A DNA stretch of 64,000 nucleotides, from positions 7,766-71,765 of the forward strand of contig CAYOLI010000002.1 in assembly GCA_964404795.1 (NCBI GenBank). The letters run 5' to 3'. Of the stretch, positions 51,418-59,980 are shown piece by piece. Source of the DNA: an uncultured Candidatus Saccharibacteria bacterium. GTDB taxonomy: Bacteria > Patescibacteriota > Saccharimonadia > Saccharimonadales > 2-12-FULL-41-12. Position 1 is the first letter of the stretch. Each line of letters begins with the position of its first letter. Position numbers and translations under genes: made by a program. A model generated the notes under the pieces. The model saw only the letters and a program-made list of their open reading frames with translations. It did not search any database and was not told the origin of the DNA.

Positions 51418-52428
51418 TTGAGTTCAGCAAATAACGTTATCGAAATCAACGGAAAAAAATATGATGCAAAAACAGGGGCTTTAATTGAATCAGCCAAAAT
51501 ACAACCCCCTAAAGTCGCTAACCGACCACAACCAACATCTGGAGTTGTTCTTGACGGGGTAGTTCATAAAACCAAACCAAATAAACATACTACAGCGCAA
51601 CAATCTCATGTTCACCACACTCACCAAAGAAAAACTCACACACTTATGCGTTCTGGGCTAAAAAAACCAGTTATACATTCTAAAGAAAATTCCAATGCGC
51701 CGATTGCAATCGATAAAAGCAATCACGAAAGATTACACCGCGCCAAAACTACACCCAGAAGCCAACAAATTAGTCGTTTCACTAGATTACCTAGCTTTTC
51801 TAAGCAAGAAAAACCCTTATCTGTTGCACAACCAAAAACAACTTCGAGAAAAAAACCAAGCCCTCATCATACCGCTCAGACAACACCGACAATTAAGCAC
51901 TTTGAACAAGCGATTAACGATGCACAATCTCATCTAGTAAAATATACCGAAAAAAGTAAACGAAAACTCTTCAGGAGCAAAAAGATAAACACTATTGCAG
52001 CCAGCTTAGCCGTACTTTTGTTAATCGGTTTTTTTGGTTTTCAAAATGCGCCTAACTTGAAAATGCGCCTTGCAGCCAGAGATTCAGGAGTAGCATCCGC
52101 TCATCTTCCTGCCTATACTCCTGCCGGTTTTGGGGTGTCATCACACATTAATTCTCAACCGGGCAAAGTAACCATTGGTTTCAAATCGCGAACGGATAAT
52201 CGGAACTTTACGATTACCCAAACAGCCAGCAACTGGTCTAGCGATGCGTTGTATGCAAACGAAATTGCTTCTAAACCCAATAAACTCACCTGGCAAGAAA
52301 AAGGGAAGACAGTGTATGTATATGACGATTCTAACGCTACCTGGGTTGATGGTGGAATTTTATACAATATCGATAATAAAGCCGACCTATCTACCGACCA
52401 ACTGCTTCGAATTATTAACAGTTTCTAA
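51418..52428 (+). CDS. hypothetical single-pass membrane protein with a basic N-terminal region
   Basis: TTG start with an AGAGGGG SD 7 nt upstream; TM helix TIAASLAVLLLIGFFGF; extracellular C-terminal domain. Confidence 0.6.
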   Translation: MSSANNVIEINGKKYDAKTGALIESAKIQPPKVANRPQPTSGVVLDGVVHKTKPNKHTTAQQSHVHHTHQRKTHTLMRSGLKKPVIHSKENSNAPIAIDKSNHERLHRAKTTPRSQQISRFTRLPSFSKQEKPLSVAQPKTTSRKKPSPHHTAQTTPTIKHFEQAINDAQSHLVKYTEKSKRKLFRSKKINTIAASLAVLLLIGFFGFQNAPNLKMRLAARDSGVASAHLPAYTPAGFGVSSHINSQPGKVTIGFKSRTDNRNFTITQTASNWSSDALYANEIASKPNKLTWQEKGKTVYVYDDSNATWVDGGILYNIDNKADLSTDQLLRIINSF

Positions 52429-52445
52429 TCTGTTACAATAGTTAG

Positions 52446-53849
52446 ATGAAAGCAGTTACTCGGTTTGCACCAAGTCCTACTGGATTTATGCACGTTGGTG
52501 GGGTCAGAACAGCTCTTTTTGCGTGGTTAACTGCCAGGCAAACAAAAGGCAGCTTTATTCTGCGCATCGAAGACACAGATAAAGCGCGCGAGATAGAAGG
52601 GAGTCAGGAACATATCCAAGCATGCCTTAAATGGCTCGGGCTAGGATGGGACCAGGGTCCACTCTATCAAAGTGAGCGTTTAAATACATATATCAAATAC
52701 GCCAACCAATTAATTAACGAGGGAAGGGCTTACGCTGATCCATATACCCCAGCAGAAATACAGCTATTTAGGGAAAATGCCAAAAATAACAAAAAGCCAT
52801 TTTTGTTCAGAGATCATCGGCCAGAGAACCCTCCTCGGTGGGATGGCAAAACAGCATTAAGGTTTCTATCCGATCCTAAAAAATATTCCTGGAACGATGA
52901 GGTTATGGGACAGTTGAATACTGGACCAGAAGTAATTGATGACTTTGTAATAATAAAATCAGATGGCTTTCCAACCTATAACTTTGCCCACATCATTGAC
53001 GACCATGAGATGTCCGTGACACATGTAATACGAGGTCAAGAGTTTTTGGCTAGTGTACCGAACTACCTGAACTTGTATGAAGCCCTGGGCTTTAATCGAC
53101 CAATATTTGCAACCATTCCCCATATATTAAATCAACAAGGAAACAAAAAACTCTCTAAGCGAGACGGGGCAAAAGATATTTTAGAATACAAAAACGAAGG
53201 ATTTTTGCCAGAAGCAATGATAAACTTTTTGGCGACTTTGGGCTGGAACGATGGCACCGAACAAGAGGTATTCTCTGTAGACGAATTAATTAACAAATTC
53301 AATCTAAGTAGAGTCGGTAAAAACGGAGCACACTTTGACGAAAGGCGATTACTATTTCTAAATGGAGTTCATATTAGAAGCTTACCGCTCAGCGATTTAG
53401 CAAAACTAGTAGAGGAGTTTTGGCCAACAGAAGCAAAAGAAGCAAAAGCAGAATATAAACATCAAGTTTTATCCCTTGTACAAGAACGTTTGAAATATTT
53501 TGCAGAGCTCGGAGAACTAACTCGTTTTTTCTTTATCGACTTACCTATTAATCCAGAACTAATTTCTTCCAATAAGAAACTGGGTCAAATTGCAAGCAAT
53601 GATTTAAAACAGCTACTAGAGGAATCAATAAAAGAACTCGATGGTATCGAATTTTCAAGCACGGATGAAATACAAAACTGCCTAAATGATCTACTCGAAA
53701 AAACCGAGCAAAAGCCAGCCGTATTATTTAGCTTAATCCGTATTGCAACTACACAAAGCCCTGCTAGCCCAGAGCTAGCACCAACACTATTTACTCTCGG
53801 AAAAGCTAAGACCATCAAACGTTTGCGTCAACAAATCGATAATCTCTAG
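52446..53849 (+). CDS. gltX: glutamate--tRNA ligase
   Basis: HIGH-type PSPTGFMHVGGVRTALF and KMSKS-type KLSKRDG. Confidence 0.9.
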   Translation: MKAVTRFAPSPTGFMHVGGVRTALFAWLTARQTKGSFILRIEDTDKAREIEGSQEHIQACLKWLGLGWDQGPLYQSERLNTYIKYANQLINEGRAYADPYTPAEIQLFRENAKNNKKPFLFRDHRPENPPRWDGKTALRFLSDPKKYSWNDEVMGQLNTGPEVIDDFVIIKSDGFPTYNFAHIIDDHEMSVTHVIRGQEFLASVPNYLNLYEALGFNRPIFATIPHILNQQGNKKLSKRDGAKDILEYKNEGFLPEAMINFLATLGWNDGTEQEVFSVDELINKFNLSRVGKNGAHFDERRLLFLNGVHIRSLPLSDLAKLVEEFWPTEAKEAKAEYKHQVLSLVQERLKYFAELGELTRFFFIDLPINPELISSNKKLGQIASNDLKQLLEESIKELDGIEFSSTDEIQNCLNDLLEKTEQKPAVLFSLIRIATTQSPASPELAPTLFTLGKAKTIKRLRQQIDNL

Positions 53850-53886
53850 TTTGATGTAAAGACACAAGCGTTATAAAATAACTCTC

Positions 53887-55170
53887 ATGAAGGATGACAT
53901 TAGGCCACCTTATGATCTACAACAAACAGACGATGAAGTTGCTAAACAAGAACCAATTGACGTTGTTGATTCGCCTGTAGAAGCATCCGAGCAAGCTGAC
54001 TTAGACGATAAACAAGGGGTCTCAGACGGTATTTTTCTCAACGAATCCGGAGGCGTTGGAGACACAGACAAAGTCCCTAAAAAACCTATCAAACACCGCA
54101 TAACCGAGATGGGGATGAAGCTATGGCCTGAATCAAAAAAGGCACGGGTTATTGGCCTCTGCATCATAGCAGTGTTGATAATTGGAGGCGGTTTTTTGGC
54201 GCATGCTATTCAAAAAAATTTAAACAAAAGAGACATCCAGCAACCAGTCGTCATCGCAAAGAAGGAGCCACCACCAAAAACTACCGAAGCATCAAAATTG
54301 ACTGGGCTCGAAGTACCGATTGGGACAAACAATCGAGTTGTGTACTCTATCCAAATCGAAAACAGCCCAGATGCCCGACCACAATCTGCGCTTAATCAGG
54401 CCGGAATAGTATTCGAAGCGATTGCTGAAGGCGGCATCACAAGATTCAATGCCTCATTCTTAGACAATCAACCTGACTATATTGGCCCAATCCGTTCGGT
54501 TAGGCCCTACTATGTCGACTTTGTAGCACCTCTAGATCCAGTATTCGTACACGCAGGTGGTAGCGGTGATGGGCTGGCCGAACTTCGTAATGTCGGGCTC
54601 AAAGATATGGACCACGGCGCTAATGGCAGTACATTTTGGCGTGTATCCGAAAGATATGCCCCACATAACCTCTATAGCTCTACCGAAAAGCTAAATCAAG
54701 CTTCTCAATCTCGTGGATACAACGTTAGCAACTCAGCTGGTTTCAGCCGAAAAGACAAAGAAACCCCTTCGCCTACAATTACCGCAAGGTTGATTGATTT
54801 CTCGCTTTCCGGGTTTTTATACAATCCTCATTTTGACTACGATCAAGCTAGCAATAGCTATCTTAGAAGCCAAGCAGGTAAGCCACATACCGACTTGAAA
54901 AGTGGCGCACAACTATCGCCAAAAGTAGTAGTCGGAATTATTACTGATTATAGCCAAAATGGAATATATTCTGTATATCGTATGACTGGTTCGGGGAAGG
55001 TTGTAATTTTTCAAGATGGGATCGCAACAGAAGGAACCTGGACGAAAAATAGTATTAAAGAACAATACAAATTCACAGATCCTGCTGGCAAGGAGATCAA
55101 GCTCAACCCAGGCCAAACTTGGGTAACAATGCTTGCTGGGCCCGATAGAATTAGCTATAAAGCACAGTAA
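53887..55170 (+). CDS. DUF3048 (YerB-like) domain protein, membrane-anchored
   Basis: IENSPDARPQSALNQAGIVFEAIAEGGITRFNASF...VRPYY pattern, after an acidic N-terminus and a TM helix. Confidence 0.7.
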   Translation: MKDDIRPPYDLQQTDDEVAKQEPIDVVDSPVEASEQADLDDKQGVSDGIFLNESGGVGDTDKVPKKPIKHRITEMGMKLWPESKKARVIGLCIIAVLIIGGGFLAHAIQKNLNKRDIQQPVVIAKKEPPPKTTEASKLTGLEVPIGTNNRVVYSIQIENSPDARPQSALNQAGIVFEAIAEGGITRFNASFLDNQPDYIGPIRSVRPYYVDFVAPLDPVFVHAGGSGDGLAELRNVGLKDMDHGANGSTFWRVSERYAPHNLYSSTEKLNQASQSRGYNVSNSAGFSRKDKETPSPTITARLIDFSLSGFLYNPHFDYDQASNSYLRSQAGKPHTDLKSGAQLSPKVVVGIITDYSQNGIYSVYRMTGSGKVVIFQDGIATEGTWTKNSIKEQYKFTDPAGKEIKLNPGQTWVTMLAGPDRISYKAQ

Positions 55171-55174
55171 AGCA

Positions 55175-56695
55175 ATGAGTGAAGGCCACTTTGAGAAGCT
55201 AAAAAAATATGCCGTACTGTATGTATTGTTCTATCTGTTAATTAGTGGTTTTTTGCTGATTGGACTATGGTACGTACTCAACAGTTACATGGGTCTTGAA
55301 ATAGCAACAACACTGATTGGCCTAGGAATTTTCTGGATTAGCATTAGCACCATGATCGCCATTATTATCTCGAAGAAATTGCTTCAACCGATAGAAGTTT
55401 TATCTCAAGCAATTTTACATATTTCACCCAACCAAACCTTAGTTGCCCCACCCAAACTCGAAGATTTAAAGATTGGTCATGAGTTAGTTGTATCGCTTGC
55501 AAGACAGGTCTACGGGTTTGCTAGCACAGCCAGTAATATACCAAAGTCACTAGACAGCAATACTCTACTCGATCAGCTACCGTCTTCTATTATTGGATTT
55601 AACTCGCAGGGAATAATTACGTTATCTAACAAAGCAAGCATAAAATATCTCGAACTGGACAAATCGCCAGTTGGGCGCAACATTTACGAAATTTTAGATT
55701 TGTCATTTAGTAGCGAAGATACACTGGACAATTGGCTGGGTTCTATAAGAAATTCAAAAGTAAGTGATATACGGTCTTGGGAAAGGGTACAAATACAGCT
55801 TCCAAGTGGACTACACTATATCGATCTATCAGTTGAATTTAGTAAAAAGCAAGACGACACAACTGAAACCATTTTAATGCTATTCGATCATACTGCCACG
55901 TACGCCCAAGACGATGATGCGCTGAGCTTTATTGCACTAACTGTTCATGAACTTCGCACACCGCTGACTATACTTAGGGGCTATATAGAGGCGATGACTG
56001 AAGAACTTGGAACAAGTGCTAGCCCAGAGGTGGCTAGCTTTATGCACAGGATAGAAGCATCTTCACAAAACGTGACTACTTTCGTTAGTAACATTCTAAA
56101 CGTGGCTAGAATTGATCAAAATCAACTCTCTTTAAAGCTCGCCGAAGTAAATTGGCAGCAACTACTCAACAACACAATTGAAAACTTAAAACTAAGAGCT
56201 AGTGTGCGCAAAATAGAAATTGTTACTAACGTTGATAGCAACATTCCATCTGTGGCTGCCGACACGACGACCATCACAGAAGTTATAAATAATTTAGTCG
56301 AAAATGCAATTAAATATACTCCTAAAACTACCTCAGGTAAAATCGTTATTTCTTCAAAAATTAATCAAGATGGATTAGTCGAAACAACCGTTCAGGATTT
56401 TGGAGTAGGCATACCGGTTTCAGTTATCCCAACACTATTCGCTAGGTTTTCTAGAAATTATCGTACCCGGGCTACTGTTGTTGGTAACGGGCTTGGTCTC
56501 TATTTGTGCCAATCAATCGTTTCCGCTCATAAAGGCAGTATATGGGTGAGATCGGAAGAAGGTAAGGGATCCGTTTTTGGGTTTACTATTAATCCGTACT
56601 CAAAACTTGCATCAATCACCGAAAGCAACGACAATAAAGAAATGTCTACAACTGCCCATGGATGGATAAAAAACCACTCACTCTACAGGAGATAA
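55175..56695 (+). CDS. sensor histidine kinase (2 TM, PAS-like, HisKA, HATPase_c)
   Basis: H-box LTVHELRTPLT; N/G boxes NLVENAIKYT, DFGVGI, GNGLGLYLCQ. ATG 55175 lies just after the upstream stop. Confidence 0.85.
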   Translation: MSEGHFEKLKKYAVLYVLFYLLISGFLLIGLWYVLNSYMGLEIATTLIGLGIFWISISTMIAIIISKKLLQPIEVLSQAILHISPNQTLVAPPKLEDLKIGHELVVSLARQVYGFASTASNIPKSLDSNTLLDQLPSSIIGFNSQGIITLSNKASIKYLELDKSPVGRNIYEILDLSFSSEDTLDNWLGSIRNSKVSDIRSWERVQIQLPSGLHYIDLSVEFSKKQDDTTETILMLFDHTATYAQDDDALSFIALTVHELRTPLTILRGYIEAMTEELGTSASPEVASFMHRIEASSQNVTTFVSNILNVARIDQNQLSLKLAEVNWQQLLNNTIENLKLRASVRKIEIVTNVDSNIPSVAADTTTITEVINNLVENAIKYTPKTTSGKIVISSKINQDGLVETTVQDFGVGIPVSVIPTLFARFSRNYRTRATVVGNGLGLYLCQSIVSAHKGSIWVRSEEGKGSVFGFTINPYSKLASITESNDNKEMSTTAHGWIKNHSLYRR

Positions 56696-56696
56696 T

Positions 56697-57092
56697 ATGG
56701 AGAACACTAATCCAAACATAGCCAAAAAGAAAATCCTTTGCATAGAGGACGAAAGATTTATCGGAGAACTTTACGAGAGGGCGCTGACACAAGGCGGATA
56801 TGACGTAAAGGTCGTCAGCAATGGACAAGAGGGCCTAAATGAGGCGAAAACGAATGCTTACGATGTTATTTTACTTGATCTAATGGTCCCAGACGTACTC
56901 GGCGTCGATATCTTATCGGAAATACAAAGTCAAACCCCTGCCATTAAAGCCAAAATTATTGTGACCACCAACTTGGAACAAAAAAAAGAAGTTAGAGAAG
57001 ATATCGAAAAGCGCACCGATGGATACATTATAAAAGCCGAAATTACCCCGAGACAGCTAGTAGAAATTATTAATTCTCTCAAATTGGATTAG
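56697..57092 (+). CDS. stand-alone receiver (CheY-like) response regulator
   Basis: KKILCIEDE...DVILLDLMVP...KAE; no output domain. Confidence 0.85.
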   Translation: MENTNPNIAKKKILCIEDERFIGELYERALTQGGYDVKVVSNGQEGLNEAKTNAYDVILLDLMVPDVLGVDILSEIQSQTPAIKAKIIVTTNLEQKKEVREDIEKRTDGYIIKAEITPRQLVEIINSLKLD

Positions 57093-57163
57093 CTAAATTA
57101 TTATAAAAATCTCTTATGCTATACTGCAAGATAATAAATTATTAATAAGATAAAGAGGTGGTA

Positions 57164-57748
57164 ATGAAGATTAATCAAAAAGGATTTAGTGTAGTAGAAC
57201 TGCTACTGGTAATAATTACCGTTACCCTGGTAGTAGGTGTTGGCTTTTATGTGTACAATTCTGTAAACAGCAAAAAGGGTGCTCAACAAAAATCAGATAA
57301 CCCACAAAAAACCCAAGAGGAAAAACCAAAGTTACAAAAAACAAAGACAACGTTTGACTTTGACGGATTAAAGGTTGAGGTCCCTCAAGATGGCTTGAAG
57401 GGTCTACTTTACGCTAAAGACACCGACCCCAACAGCAAAAACTCTTCGTACAACGTAAATAATACCGAATTTAATAGTATCGCAGCAAAATGCACTGATA
57501 CTAAACCCCAAGCTGTATCAATACACGCCGAACGTGGCCGATACCCAGGAGAGGGCAACGAAGGAATGAATGGTCTACTAAAACAGTTTAACAACTATTA
57601 CATAACGTACTCAGACGGAGGCCTTTACGGGAATATAGGGTGTAGCGACATTTTAGGGGAAACTAAATTCAATCAATTGTTTGATATTCAAAAACAAATC
57701 ACAGAGCAATTAAAAAACGCATTCGCGAACTCTCAAGAAGTTAATTAG
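57164..57748 (+). CDS. type IV pilin-like protein (prepilin N-terminal cleavage/methylation motif)
   Basis: MKINQKG|FSVVELLLVIITVTLVVGVGFYVY is a G-F-S-x-x-E class III signal. GAGGTGG SD before the ATG at 57164. Confidence 0.75.
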   Translation: MKINQKGFSVVELLLVIITVTLVVGVGFYVYNSVNSKKGAQQKSDNPQKTQEEKPKLQKTKTTFDFDGLKVEVPQDGLKGLLYAKDTDPNSKNSSYNVNNTEFNSIAAKCTDTKPQAVSIHAERGRYPGEGNEGMNGLLKQFNNYYITYSDGGLYGNIGCSDILGETKFNQLFDIQKQITEQLKNAFANSQEVN

Positions 57749-57769
57749 GACTCACATCAGTGTTATACG

Positions 57770-57844
57770 TGGTGATCGCACGGGGAATCGAACCCCGATT
57801 GCCAGGATGAGAACCTGGTGTCCTAACCGTTAGACGATGCGACC
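57770..57844 (-). tRNA. tRNA-Glu (anticodon CUC), CCA encoded
   Basis: Reverse complement GGTCGCATCGTCTAACGGTTAGGACACCAGGTTCTCATCCTGGCAATCGGGGTTCGATTCCCCGTGCGATCACCA folds as a 75-nt cloverleaf. A TAAAAT -10 box lies 12 nt upstream. Confidence 0.9.
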
Positions 57845-57976
57845 CTAACGAGATAATTTTACTACACATAGGGTTCGATTCGGAATCGACCTACCTCCGG
57901 CAGGCCCGAAACTTCCCGATTGAAAAGCAAGTTTTCATCGGAAGATTTCCTTGCAAAACGCCACAGGCGTTTTTCA

Positions 57977-58071
57977 CCCGATTGCCAGGATGAGAACCTG
58001 GTGTCCTAACCGCCTGTACGATGCGACCCTAACGAGATAATTTTACTACATAAAGGGTTCGATTCGGAATC
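57977..58071 (-). repeat. tandem partial duplicate of the tRNA-Glu promoter plus the 5' 52 nt of the gene (pseudo-tRNA 57977..58028); the master copy is 57794..57887
   Basis: A ~95-bp repeat with a 183/184-bp period. It is identical apart from a clustered change in the D-arm (tctaacgg -> tacaggcgg) and two changes in the promoter region. The copy lacks the T-arm and the 3' acceptor. Confidence 0.85.
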
Positions 58072-58190
58072 TATCTAGTATCAAACAAATTACATTCTAT
58101 ACCTAGCACACTCCACTAAAAAATAAACCCGTTAGCTTATTGCTCACATCTATAGGAGCATAAGCATTAACAAAGTATACTAATTGTAGA

Positions 58191-59927
58191 ATGGAAACAA
58201 TTGATAAACGTTGGTATACGGGTTATTCGTGGTACATCACCGTTTTTACCCTCATAATTGCAGTTCTGTCTTTACTTGGAATATTCTCAGATCAATTTAC
58301 GCAAATTGCCAAGGACTGGGGACTTGGAGCAACAACTTTGGTAATTGCCATTTGTACCTTAATTTTCCGATTTTCGTATTTTGAGATTGCCAAAAATAAG
58401 AAAAGCATCGAACTCAATATTCTGACCTTCTTATACGCAGTTTTCTATGCGATTATGGTAATTAATCTGATCCACCTTACTGGCTGGCTCCATTCTTGGT
58501 ATCTAATACTTTTTGCACAAATTATCGCCTTTGCAGGATTTTTTGGTATTTTTACTGTTTTTGGTACAGCTCTTATTGTAACTATCTATCTAATCTTGGC
58601 TATACCGGAAGCGAGTACAAATCAAGAGCTAAAAAACCCCTTAGTTATCGGTCTATTTGGTGGGGCATACTTGTTGTGTCTGGCGAGTTATTTTTTTTGG
58701 AAAATATTCTACATCGATGTTGAAAATCAACAAATAAATAAGCTTAGCGGTATGTTAAAAAGTAACCGACAACAATCGGAAATCTTGATTCAATCAATTG
58801 CTGATGGAGTCATCGTTACAGATACTACAGGGACTATTACACTAATGAACCCTGCGGCTTTTGAATTGACCAAATGGCCTGTAGACGAGGCACTCGGTAT
58901 TGATGTGCGTTTAGTTGTTAAGCTAGCTCAAGAAGACGGGAAGCCATTGGAGGAAGGCCAAGATCTATACGCAAGCGTATTTAATCAGAAAAAAAGTGTT
59001 GAAGAGACAATGAGTTTGGTAGATCGGGAGAAAAAACAAAAAATCGTATCGATTGTTATTTCTCCAATAATTTTGCCGAAATCCCAGGAGTTGGTTGGAT
59101 CAGTTGCAGTACTTAGAGACGTTAGCGTAGCAAAACAAGTCGAAAAACAGCGTGCCGATTTTATTAGTACAGCCAGCCATGAAATGCGCACGCCAGTAGC
59201 CGCGATTGAGGGGTACTTGGCTCTAGCTCTAAACGATCGAGTCAGTAAAATCGACCTTAAAGCTCGTGGCTATCTGGAAAAAGCCCACGAGAGCACCCAA
59301 CACCTAGGTAAGCTATTTCAAGACCTACTTACCAGCGCAAAAGCCGAAGACGGACGATTAAGTAGCAACCCGATAGTTGTTAATATGAATGATTTTATGG
59401 ATAAAATCGCAGAAGATTTAAGATTTATCACCCAAAAAAAACACCTGCGTATGGAATACATTGTAAGCAACCATGAAACTGCCGGTATGATTGATGCCAG
59501 CAACAAACGAGAAGTCAGGCCACTTTACTATGCACATATTGATCCAGACCGTTTCAGAGAGGTTGTAACTAACGTTTTTGACAATGCAGTCAAATATACC
59601 GAGGAAGGCGCCATTACGCTCTCGATCACTGGTAACGATGACGTTGTGCAAGTCAGTGTTGCCGATACAGGCCCTGGCATACCAAGCGAAGATTTACCTC
59701 ATCTGTTTCAAAAATTTTATAGAGTCGATAACTCGGCAACACGGTCGATTGGCGGTACCGGTTTAGGGCTATTCATTTGTAAAAAAATTGTCGAGCTTTA
59801 CGGTGGTCGTATTTGGGCAGAAAGTACAATAGGTAAGGGAACAACCTTTTATATTAATATCCCTCGAATTTCTGCGTCTAGAGCAGCCCAGCTACAACTT
59901 AATGAAAAACCTATTCCTCAAGCATAA
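58191..59927 (+). CDS. sensor histidine kinase (multi-TM N-terminal domain, PAS, HisKA, HATPase_c)
   Basis: ~6 TM helices; PAS (IADGVIVTDTTGTITLMNPAA); H-box STASHEMRTPVA; DTGPGI; GTGLGLFICK. Confidence 0.9.
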   Translation: METIDKRWYTGYSWYITVFTLIIAVLSLLGIFSDQFTQIAKDWGLGATTLVIAICTLIFRFSYFEIAKNKKSIELNILTFLYAVFYAIMVINLIHLTGWLHSWYLILFAQIIAFAGFFGIFTVFGTALIVTIYLILAIPEASTNQELKNPLVIGLFGGAYLLCLASYFFWKIFYIDVENQQINKLSGMLKSNRQQSEILIQSIADGVIVTDTTGTITLMNPAAFELTKWPVDEALGIDVRLVVKLAQEDGKPLEEGQDLYASVFNQKKSVEETMSLVDREKKQKIVSIVISPIILPKSQELVGSVAVLRDVSVAKQVEKQRADFISTASHEMRTPVAAIEGYLALALNDRVSKIDLKARGYLEKAHESTQHLGKLFQDLLTSAKAEDGRLSSNPIVVNMNDFMDKIAEDLRFITQKKHLRMEYIVSNHETAGMIDASNKREVRPLYYAHIDPDRFREVVTNVFDNAVKYTEEGAITLSITGNDDVVQVSVADTGPGIPSEDLPHLFQKFYRVDNSATRSIGGTGLGLFICKKIVELYGGRIWAESTIGKGTTFYINIPRISASRAAQLQLNEKPIPQA

Positions 59928-59980
59928 ACATGATACAATTACAATAAGCATGAAAAAATACTTAATCTGGGGGTAAAATA

